From: Xanthobacteraceae bacterium
GTDB taxonomy: Bacteria > Pseudomonadota > Alphaproteobacteria > Rhizobiales > Xanthobacteraceae
Length of the DNA stretch: 64,000 nucleotides
Reading direction: 5' to 3'
Assembly: GCA_036562835.1 (NCBI GenBank)
Contig: DATCJI010000356.1
Location: 44 to 64,043, forward strand
The notes beneath the pieces are model-generated. The model did no database searches. It was not told where the DNA came from and was given only the letters and a program-made list of their open reading frames with translations. Numbering within the stretch: the first letter of the stretch is position 1; each line of letters starts with the position of its first letter. Positions 36,943 through 44,765 of the stretch are shown one piece after another. The position numbers and the translations under genes are program-made.

Positions 36943-39228
36943 TCAGCCCCGCTTCGGCGGTTGTGCAGGGCGTGCCGCCGCGGCCGGCGGCGGCCGCACT
37001 GCCTGCACCGGCGCGGGACGCGGCGCAGCCTGGATTACGGGCCGTGGTGCGGGTGGTGGCGCGGGACGTGGCGCAGCCTGGATCACGGGCCGTGGTGCGG
37101 CGACTGGCGGTGGCGCCGGACGTGGAGGCGGCGGGGCCGCATGCACCGCCGGGCGCGGAGGCGCAATTATGGCAGGCCGGGGGGGAGGTGGCGCAGCGTG
37201 GATCATCGGACGCGGCGGCGGGGCTGATTGCACTGGCGCCCGAGGCGGTGTGAGTGCTGCCGTGGGAGCTCGCGGGGGAGTGAGCGTGGCCGGTGGCGGC
37301 GAGGGAGGACGCAGCACGGGTGCGGGCGGCGGCCTGTTCGCGATGACGGGTGCCGGTGCGCGTGGGATTTGGGGTGGCGCTACGTGGTGGGTTTGCGTCG
37401 GAGGCGTCAGTCCGTGACCCGGGGGCAATTGCGGAAGCGCGTGGCTCGTACCCGGCAAGCCACGTCCGGGCGAAGTTAAAGGCAGCGTTGAGGGAAGTCG
37501 GGGACTTCCTTGCGTTGCTGTTTGCGGGTGTCCTCGCATTCCGGCGGCGGGCACTGCGGCCATGGCGGAGCCCTCGGAATGGCCAAGCGGACGCCCGAGT
37601 CTTCCGGGTAGAGCGGACAACGGGTGGCCAGCCATGCCGGGCAGCGGTTGCCTGACGGTGGGGGCCACGCCGTGTGTCGCGTTCTCCGTTGTGATCGCCG
37701 ATGCACCGCGTGCATGCGTGCGCACCGATGGCGGAAGCGAAGCAGCAAGCGCAGCGCCGTGAGTTACGGGCGCCGTGACGCCCGCCTGGCCAGCATGGGT
37801 TCTGATCGCGAAGCTTTTCGTGGCCCGATCCGCAATGAAGCCATCGTGGCCATGGGTGACGAAGAAGTCTTCGTGCGGATGGACCGCATAGCGCGGAACA
37901 TGACACCAGGTCGGCAGCGGGACAAAAACCGGGACCGGCAGCACGTACGGTTCGGTCACGATAATGGGCGCGTCCAGCACCAGGAAGTCAGCCGACGGTG
38001 GCGGCAGGAAGTCGACTGGAAGCGGCGGGGGAGGGACGAAGCCGAAGTCCGCAAACACGATGTCCGGCCGATCCACGTAGGCGAATTCCTCAGGAGGAGG
38101 CGGCGGGACATCATAATCGACGAGGGCAAAGGACGAGGGCGGCTCGAGCGCGGCGGAAAGCAGCACCAGGCGCCGACGGGCATCGCCGCTGTGCGGGCCA
38201 TGCGGGTACCGCCGCAGGTAGGACCAGTACGCCTCCCGCGTGTCGACCGCACAGGTATGCGTCCAGGTAAGCGCTTCCCGCCGCACCGCCACAATCGCGC
38301 GCACTCGTTCGGCCAACGGATCGCCTCCGTAGACCGACAGAAATTCCTCGTAGCCGTTCAGATCGTCGCGCTCGACTGCCGACGCGTAAGCGTCCGGTGC
38401 GCTGAGCTCCGCGAGCCGGCGCGTTGGGACATTCTGTTTCGAGACCTGCGCGGGTGCATCGGGACCGCGCTCGAAGAACGCGAAGGATGTGGCGAGCTTT
38501 GAAGCGCTCCAGGGCAGCTGCGCGCCTTTGCTGACGTCGCTCACGCGCAACCGCACGCGATCAAATAAATCGCTGGGCGGCAAGCCACCCTCGCGCATCA
38601 TCTCGGCAAGCGCTTGGGCGTACGTGCCGTACGGGCCGCTCTGTTCGGGAGCGACCGTTCCGGGGGTGGCATTGAAGGCCACCAGCGTGCCCGCCGGCGG
38701 CTCGATCAGCGCAAGCCCGCTCGCCAGCGGCTGGCCGGAAACCGCGAAGGGAAGCTTGCGCGCGCCGTCGACCACAACGATGCTCGCCTTCAAGTGCAGC
38801 GCGGCGAGCGGCCGGAGATAATCGGAAAGGCGCACGCCCTCTGCGATCACATCCGTGTCGCGGGCAAGCTTTGCATCCACTGGCAGGAAATAGTTTTCGC
38901 CTTCGAGCTGCAGCGCGTAGCCGCTCAGGTAAATGACGGCGACCGTCTCAGGACCGGATGCCGACGCTTTTTCCAAAAAATCGCGGAAAGCCCGGCGCAG
39001 ACCTTCCTGATCGAGATCGCGCGCCCCGATCACGTCGAAGGCGGCGGCTTGCAGCGTCTGCGCGATCAGGCCGGCGTCATTGGCCGTCTGCAGGGGGGCG
39101 GCTTGATAAGCGGCATTGCCCAGGACGAGAGCAATGCGTTTTTCGGTCGGCTCGGCAGAAAAGGCGGGGTTGGCGAGCAAAACGATCAGCGCACAAAGCG
39201 TGAGCAAGCGTGTGAGGTGGTTCCACAT
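36943..39228 (-). CDS. secreted caspase-fold (peptidase C14-like) protein with non-canonical Tyr/Ala at the dyad positions and a Pro-rich repetitive C-terminus
   Basis: Signal peptide MWNHLTRLLTLCALIVLLANPAFSA. The C14-like core is RIALVLGNAAYQ...AVIYLSGYALQLEGENYFLPVDAKL...IVVVDGARKLPF. The last ~230 aa are Pro/Ala-rich, with APRPVIQAAPRPAPPP repeats. Confidence 0.8.
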   Translation of the reverse strand: MWNHLTRLLTLCALIVLLANPAFSAEPTEKRIALVLGNAAYQAAPLQTANDAGLIAQTLQAAAFDVIGARDLDQEGLRRAFRDFLEKASASGPETVAVIYLSGYALQLEGENYFLPVDAKLARDTDVIAEGVRLSDYLRPLAALHLKASIVVVDGARKLPFAVSGQPLASGLALIEPPAGTLVAFNATPGTVAPEQSGPYGTYAQALAEMMREGGLPPSDLFDRVRLRVSDVSKGAQLPWSASKLATSFAFFERGPDAPAQVSKQNVPTRRLAELSAPDAYASAVERDDLNGYEEFLSVYGGDPLAERVRAIVAVRREALTWTHTCAVDTREAYWSYLRRYPHGPHSGDARRRLVLLSAALEPPSSFALVDYDVPPPPPEEFAYVDRPDIVFADFGFVPPPPLPVDFLPPPSADFLVLDAPIIVTEPYVLPVPVFVPLPTWCHVPRYAVHPHEDFFVTHGHDGFIADRATKSFAIRTHAGQAGVTAPVTHGAALAASLPPSVRTHARGASAITTENATHGVAPTVRQPLPGMAGHPLSALPGRLGRPLGHSEGSAMAAVPAAGMRGHPQTATQGSPRLPSTLPLTSPGRGLPGTSHALPQLPPGHGLTPPTQTHHVAPPQIPRAPAPVIANRPPPAPVLRPPSPPPATLTPPRAPTAALTPPRAPVQSAPPPRPMIHAAPPPPRPAIIAPPRPAVHAAPPPPRPAPPPVAAPRPVIQAAPRPAPPPAPRPVIQAAPRPAPVQAVRPPPAAAARPAQPPKRG
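37011..37106. repeat. 48-bp tandem duplication inside the Pro-rich coding tail
   Basis: Units at 37011-37058 and 37059-37106 are nearly identical (gcgcgggacg[c/t]ggcgcagcctggat[t/c]acgggccgtggtgcgg...). A degenerate third copy lies near 37185. Confidence 0.8.
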
Positions 39229-39445
39229 GGCGGCACCCGACGGCAGTTGGTCATGATGCCAATGCAATCAAATACGCCCTGAACGGCATCTGAATAGCGC
39301 GAGCAGAAATGGGTCAGGGACACCCCGCCCAATCACGTTCCCGTGTCTGTCTGGCGTGGGTCATTCGGACGGCGATAGTGGCCAATTGGCAACAGACTCC
39401 GGGGCGCGGTCGGCCTAAAGTCCGGCCAGTTCAGTCGGGCGTGCC

Positions 39446-40282
39446 ATGCGCAAAGTCTGGATAGTAGGCCTTCTGTTGTCTTTTGGGGTTATCGCTCCCG
39501 CGAGCGCTGCCGATTATCCAGTCATTGGCTACTACCAACCGGCTCCAGTGCGCCCTCTCTACAGCTGGACCGGCTGCAGCGTCGGGGTGAATATCGGCGG
39601 GGGATGGAGCCCCAATAGCTGGCGCGACCCTGCCCAGTATTTCGGTGTCGGCCCGGAGCTTGGCTCCCATACGGCGAACGGTGCAATCGGCGGCTGGCAG
39701 CTGGGTTGCGATTATCAAGCGGGTCCGATCGTTTTCGGCGCGCGCGGCCTTTATGACCTCACGGGCATCAAAGGGCAGAACCTGCAGCCCGCGTTCCCGC
39801 CCTTCAATACCAGTGTCTTCACCAATACGAGTGTCATTCGCGATATTCTTGCGGACAAAACCTTCATTCAATCGGTGGCGACCCTCTCGGGCAGAGTAGG
39901 TGTGACAGTGCGGCCCACGACGCTTCTGTATGTCCAGGGCGGTGCCGCCGTGGCACATGACGTCGAGACGATCTTCCCCTTCGTCAACCAAGCCACGAAT
40001 ATCGGCCAAAGCGGCCAAGGCATCACGATTGCGGAAGCGAGGAGAAACGCCATTGGCTGGACCGCAGGTGTGGGCGTTGAAGCAGCGCTGTTCGCCGGCG
40101 ATTGGTCCGTATTTGCCGAATATAACCACATCGGCTTCGGCACTTCGAATGTGACGTTCACTTCGGGCGTGATCCCACCCGGTATGACGGGCTCGACTTT
40201 TCAGCTCAATATCCGGCAGTCGATTGATATGTTCCTGCTGGGCATCAACTACCGCTTCGTTGGCGGTCCGCCGAAGTTCTGA
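39446..40282 (+). CDS. outer-membrane beta-barrel protein (Omp25/RopB-like porin family)
   Basis: Signal peptide MRKVWIVGLLLSFGVIAPASA, WTGCSVGVNIGGGW, alternating beta-strand pattern, and a C-terminal GINYRF aromatic terminus region. Confidence 0.8.
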   Translation: MRKVWIVGLLLSFGVIAPASAADYPVIGYYQPAPVRPLYSWTGCSVGVNIGGGWSPNSWRDPAQYFGVGPELGSHTANGAIGGWQLGCDYQAGPIVFGARGLYDLTGIKGQNLQPAFPPFNTSVFTNTSVIRDILADKTFIQSVATLSGRVGVTVRPTTLLYVQGGAAVAHDVETIFPFVNQATNIGQSGQGITIAEARRNAIGWTAGVGVEAALFAGDWSVFAEYNHIGFGTSNVTFTSGVIPPGMTGSTFQLNIRQSIDMFLLGINYRFVGGPPKF

Positions 40283-41162
40283 AAATTTGAGCTATGCAAT
40301 CGCCGTAAACGGGGGCGCGGGAAAGAAAGCCACCCGACCTGAGGCATTCGCCGAGGCGGCTGAATCCTTCTCTCGAGACATCGGGCGTTCGCGCCCAGAT
40401 ATTGCCTTTGCGGCAACGCTCAAATGAGCTCGCCAGAATTTCGCGCTCACTGTCGGCAAAATAAGTCGCGGTGATCTCGGCAAGCTCCCTTGCCCTGTGC
40501 GCCCCAAGCCATTCCTGCATCTGAGCTACAGCGTCAAGCATACATGCAAACGCGTTGCGGTGCCGTTGCATTGCACTGCGCGTAGCGATGAAAGTCGTGT
40601 AGACCGTGGGCCCTCGCGTGCTTGCGGCGTAGAGAATGCGCCCGACGCGCCTCTCTAGGGCCATAGCCACGTAGGGCTCGAACAACTGCACCACATCGAG
40701 GCGGTCTTCACAAAGCGCCTGGAAATTGGCGGCCATCGATTGCGCGGGTGCCCGCTCAATCGTTGCCGGATCAAGGCCGCGCTCGCGTAAATCGTGCTGC
40801 AGACACAGCCATGGCGTGGGAACTTCGGATACTGCAGCAAATCGCACCCTACGCAAATCGTCGAGACTTGCCGCATCAGATCGATTTGCGGCAACGAGAT
40901 AGAAGGGGTCGCGCGCCACCACTTCGCCGAAGCAGACAAGGGGCGAAGCGGGGTCAGCGTCATGCGCTTTCATGACCCGCATCGGCCCGCCCCATGTGAC
41001 ATCCGCTTTGCCGTCGAGGAGCGCTGCTACCCCCTCCCCTGCTGCGGAAGAGCTGACCAATTCAACGCTCACCCCATGCTTCTCATAGAATCCAAGCGCC
41101 AGCGCGGCGTAGAAAGGCGCATAGAAGGCCGCGCGAAAATTCTCGGCGAGCCTTATACGCAT
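40245..41162 (-). CDS. NMT1/THI5-like (nitrate/sulfonate/bicarbonate-type) substrate-binding-fold protein, no signal peptide
   Basis: MRIRLAENFRAAFYAPFYAALALGFYEKHGVSVELV...GKADVTWGGPMRV. The 3' end overlaps the convergent OMP gene by 38 bp. Confidence 0.65.
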   Translation of the reverse strand: MRIRLAENFRAAFYAPFYAALALGFYEKHGVSVELVSSSAAGEGVAALLDGKADVTWGGPMRVMKAHDADPASPLVCFGEVVARDPFYLVAANRSDAASLDDLRRVRFAAVSEVPTPWLCLQHDLRERGLDPATIERAPAQSMAANFQALCEDRLDVVQLFEPYVAMALERRVGRILYAASTRGPTVYTTFIATRSAMQRHRNAFACMLDAVAQMQEWLGAHRARELAEITATYFADSEREILASSFERCRKGNIWARTPDVSREGFSRLGECLRSGGFLSRAPVYGDCIAQIFRTSADRQRSGS

Positions 41163-41271
41163 GCAAGCTCCGCTCGGCATTGCTTCACGTGGCAATCGAT
41201 CTTTTTGCAAAGAAGATGGACGTTTAAATAGCCCAGCGCGATTGCGTAGCCCGCTGGTGACGGCGTCCAGG

Positions 41272-42297
41272 TCAGTCTGCTGAAATCCCCGTTGCTCTGA
41301 TCGGGCCTGCCCATTTCTCGATCTCCGCCTCGACGAATTTTTGCAAAAACTCGGAAGAAGTGCGATCCGGACCTGCCAAATCGGCGCCGATCTCCTGCAT
41401 GCGTGTCTTCACGACCGGATCGTTCATCGTCGTCAGGACAACGGAATGCAGCTTGTGCACGACGGCCGCGGGAGCGCCTTTGGGCAAGAAGACGGCAAAC
41501 CAGTTCGCGGCATCGAAGCCAGTGAGACCCTGCTCATGCGCGGTAGCCTGGCCCGGCAGGCTCGGCGAGCGGTCGCGGGTGAGAACGGCGATCGACTTAA
41601 TCTGCCCGCTCTGGATGAATGGAATTGCAATGGGGCTATCGGGACATTGGTAGTCAATGCGCCCGGCAATCAGATCCTGGATCGCGAGGGAGGCACCGCG
41701 ATAGGGAATGTGCGTCGTCCGCACTCCAATGGCAGCGTTGAGCAGCACACAGGCGAGATGGCTCGCGGAGCCCGGGCCGCCAGACCCGAACTGCATCGAG
41801 CCCTGGTTCTTGCGAGTGTAGGCGATGAATTCGCGCAGGTTCTCCGCGGGCAGGCCCTTACGCGCAAGCAAAACGAGGGGTGTCTGCGCGACCAGGATCA
41901 CCGGGCTGAAATCCATCGCGGCATTATAGAGAGGGCTTTTGTAGAAGGTCTGATTTGCCGCATGCGTACCAACATTGCCCAGCACGAACTGATAACCGTC
42001 AGGGCTGGCCTTGGCGACGCGGGCACTTCCGACCATGCCACCGGAGCCTCCGACATTCTCGATGATCACTTGCTGGCCGAGCAGCTCGGAAACGCCCGGG
42101 CTCAGAATGCGCGCTACCGTGTCAGCAGGTCCACCCGCGGCGAACGGAACGATCATTGTCATGGGCCGCGCCGGCCATTCCTGCGCGCGCGGAGGCTCTC
42201 CCGACGCGAGAATCAGCGCGATTGCGAGCAACTTGGCTGCAAAGCAAATTCTTCTCACGTCCGGATAATGCCGCCTGAAACGAGATGAGCAAGCCAC
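41272..42297 (-). CDS. tripartite tricarboxylate transporter substrate-binding protein (Bug/TctC family), second copy
   Basis: PMTMIVPFAAGGPADT...IENVGGSGG. It resembles the 16611..17585 protein along its whole length. The start is uncertain (ATG 42297 or an internal GTG). Confidence 0.8.
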   Translation of the reverse strand: MACSSRFRRHYPDVRRICFAAKLLAIALILASGEPPRAQEWPARPMTMIVPFAAGGPADTVARILSPGVSELLGQQVIIENVGGSGGMVGSARVAKASPDGYQFVLGNVGTHAANQTFYKSPLYNAAMDFSPVILVAQTPLVLLARKGLPAENLREFIAYTRKNQGSMQFGSGGPGSASHLACVLLNAAIGVRTTHIPYRGASLAIQDLIAGRIDYQCPDSPIAIPFIQSGQIKSIAVLTRDRSPSLPGQATAHEQGLTGFDAANWFAVFLPKGAPAAVVHKLHSVVLTTMNDPVVKTRMQEIGADLAGPDRTSSEFLQKFVEAEIEKWAGPIRATGISAD

Positions 42298-42387
42298 CGC
42301 TCACGGTGGCCGCTCGTAACCGCGCGGAACGGGAGCGGAAAAATGTTATAGTGACAATATCGCAGATGCAGTTCTTATGAGGCAGGC

Positions 42388-42747
42388 ATGATTGCAGTGA
42401 TGTTCGAAGTGTGGCCGGCGCCCGGGCGAAAGGACGATTATCTCGCCATGGCTGCCGCTTTGCGCGCCGATTTGGAAACTATTGACGGCTTCATATCAGT
42501 CGAGCGCTTCCAGAGCCTCACCGATCCGGGCAAGCTGCTTTCGCTGTCATTCTGGCGCGATGAAGACGCGGTAAAGGCCTGGCGCAATCAAACGAAGCAT
42601 CGGGAGACACAAAAAGCCGGACGCGCAGGCGTCTTTGCGGATTACCGCCTGCGCGTGGCCGACGTCTTGCGCGATTACGGGATGAACGTCCGAACAGAGG
42701 CTCCCGCCGATTCTCGACGTGCCCACGCTGTTGCAGCGGCAGTTTGA
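42388..42747 (+). CDS. antibiotic-biosynthesis-monooxygenase (ABM) domain protein
   Basis: MIAVMFEVWPAPGRKDDYL...GFISVERFQS...LLSLSFWRDEDAVKAWRN is a typical ABM ferredoxin-like fold pattern. Confidence 0.75.
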   Translation: MIAVMFEVWPAPGRKDDYLAMAAALRADLETIDGFISVERFQSLTDPGKLLSLSFWRDEDAVKAWRNQTKHRETQKAGRAGVFADYRLRVADVLRDYGMNVRTEAPADSRRAHAVAAAV

Positions 42748-43060
42748 GATTGCTGCATGTTAATGGGTTCCTGCGCGTAATCGACGCGGTCGCCAGACCC
42801 GGCGTGTCGCAGGCACCGATCTGATGCGCGGACTGTCGAGTCCTCGACCCTCGGAACTCTCTTTTGCATTTCGCATTTTCTAGGTCGTGGGAGGACTGAC
42901 AGGAGATTGCCATGGGCAATTTTCCGCCCTCCGCGCTTTCCTTGCTTACCCCGATTGTTGCTGTCCGCGCGCTCCGAAAGCACGCCGGCAGAGTCGGCGT
43001 GTTTTTGGCATATTCATTTTTCCGTGGCGTCCCGTCCCGTTTGTCAAGGAGGACCCCATC

Positions 43061-43402
43061 ATGATTCGCTTGCTGCTTGCAGTGATGGTGATTTGCGCTC
43101 CGGCTCTGGCCCGCGATAACGGCCAATACGAGAATGTCTCGCCCGACGTTCGCACCTGGTTCAGGTCACAGAAGTCTCCGAAGACTGGCGCGCTGTGCTG
43201 CAGCGAGGCCGACGGTCTCTATGCCGAGGAGGATATTCGGGAGGGGCATTATTGGACGCGCTGGGGAGGTCGCGAGTGGCAGCCCGTTCCCGATGAGGTC
43301 GTAATTCAGCACCCGAACCCGCACGGCGCACCGGTCGTCTGGTGGTATGTGGAGAAAGGCGAGATCAAGATTCGCTGCTACGCCCCCGGAAGTGGCGTCT
43401 GA
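43061..43402 (+). CDS. small secreted hypothetical protein (113 aa)
   Basis: An AAGGAGG Shine-Dalgarno lies 7 nt upstream. Signal peptide MIRLLLAVMVICAPALA. It contains a CC pair and a C-terminal Cys. No family name recalled. Confidence 0.6.
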   Translation: MIRLLLAVMVICAPALARDNGQYENVSPDVRTWFRSQKSPKTGALCCSEADGLYAEEDIREGHYWTRWGGREWQPVPDEVVIQHPNPHGAPVVWWYVEKGEIKIRCYAPGSGV

Positions 43403-43548
43403 CCTTTCATACTGCCCCTCTGATCGGCTAACTAAGGGCCGGAGCCTCGATTGAGCACAAACGAAATCCGGAAACGCGGTTGTGCCGCCCCTTTTTATTC
43501 GTTCCGGGTACGCGTCTGTAGAACATACGATACCTGACTTCGCACGCT

Positions 43549-44394
43549 TTGACGCATCAGCCGACCCATAATGCGGCGCTCCGGTGGGTGGCGCCGGCAG
43601 GCGCGCATGTGCTCGCGGCGAACGAGGTGCATGTGTGGCGGGCGCGCGTCAGCCAAGCCGAAGATTGTCTCCCCGAGCTCATGCAAATCCTCACTCCGGA
43701 CGAACGCGGCCGTGCTGCGCGATTTCGCTTTGCCGTGGATCGCCAGCGTTGCATCCTCGGCCGGGCGCTTATTCGCATTATTCTTGGTCACCACCTGCGC
43801 CGGCCATCACACGAGCTCGCCTTCGCCTACAATGCATTCGACAAGCCTCGTCTGGCCGACACGCGCGATTCCGGGCTGCGATTCAATATTTCTCATTCCG
43901 GCGAATGGCTTCTGATCGCCCTTGCTCAGGGCCGCATCCTCGGCGTGGATGTCGAGCGCATGCGCGAGGATATGGTCACCCGGGAAATCGCTGAGCGATT
44001 TTTTTCTGCGACCGAGTGCGGGGCGCTCGCTTCACTTCCTGCGGAGGAGCAGTGCGACGCGTTCTTTGCGTGCTGGACGCGCAAAGAGGCCTATCTGAAA
44101 GCCCGTGGAGACGGGCTTTCCCTCCCCCTCGACCAATTCGACGTGGCGTTCGTTCCCGGAGTGGATGCGCGCCTCCTTGCAACGCGGCATGATCCCGCTG
44201 AAGTCAACCGCTGGAGCTTGTGCGCGTTGGATGTAGGTCCCGGGCATAAGGCCGCACTGGTGGTCGAAGGCACGGGTTGGGCGCTGAAGCTCCTGGAATG
44301 GCCGGGCGGGCTGAACTTCCTTGCTCAACCAAAGTCCACAGTGGCGAACGGCCGTTGGGAGTTTCCGGATCGGGCGGTCAAGGGCCCCATTTGA
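43549..44394 (+). CDS. Sfp-type 4'-phosphopantetheinyl transferase
   Basis: EVHVWRA...LTPDERGRAARFRF..DR......R..., then FNISHSG, GVDVE and WTRKEAYLKARG motifs. The start is uncertain (TTG 43549). Confidence 0.8.
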   Translation: MTHQPTHNAALRWVAPAGAHVLAANEVHVWRARVSQAEDCLPELMQILTPDERGRAARFRFAVDRQRCILGRALIRIILGHHLRRPSHELAFAYNAFDKPRLADTRDSGLRFNISHSGEWLLIALAQGRILGVDVERMREDMVTREIAERFFSATECGALASLPAEEQCDAFFACWTRKEAYLKARGDGLSLPLDQFDVAFVPGVDARLLATRHDPAEVNRWSLCALDVGPGHKAALVVEGTGWALKLLEWPGGLNFLAQPKSTVANGRWEFPDRAVKGPI

Positions 44395-44765
44395 AGCTGA
44401 GCCCGGGAAAAAAGACTGCCAGCATGTTTATCTCACCCATTCGGCAGCGCGTCGGGCACACTCCGCAACAGGATCCGAAGATCGCGATCTGCGCTCAACC
44501 AAAACTGATCGACCACCCAGGGCTTCGGAAAGCCCGCGCGGCCGATCTAACCAAATACCGAAGGTCGGCGGTGCGCGACATAGCAACACTCTCAACAATC
44601 GGAATGCACGAGCGCACCTTTTTCCCGCGCTGGCGCGCTTTGCCGCACGCGCATTAAAGTCCCGCTCCGCCCGTCCTGTTGTAAGCATCGGAAATCCGGC
44701 TAGTATGCCGTGCTGTTTTTGACGGCTTGCGCACGGGGCGGCGCTCTCTGCGGCAAAGGCACCTT

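Noticed and set aside
36950-37450. Repetitive GC-rich region as a possible CRISPR-like or VNTR array
   Set aside because: The repeats are in-frame coding repeats of the Pro-rich tail of the caspase-fold protein. There is no repeat-spacer regularity and there are no cas genes.
42887-43060. Upstream extension of the 43061 gene (ORF track start 42887, 171 aa)
   Set aside because: The extension is Cys/Arg/Pro-rich nonsense-like sequence. A strong AAGGAGG Shine-Dalgarno and a canonical signal peptide begin at the internal ATG 43061.
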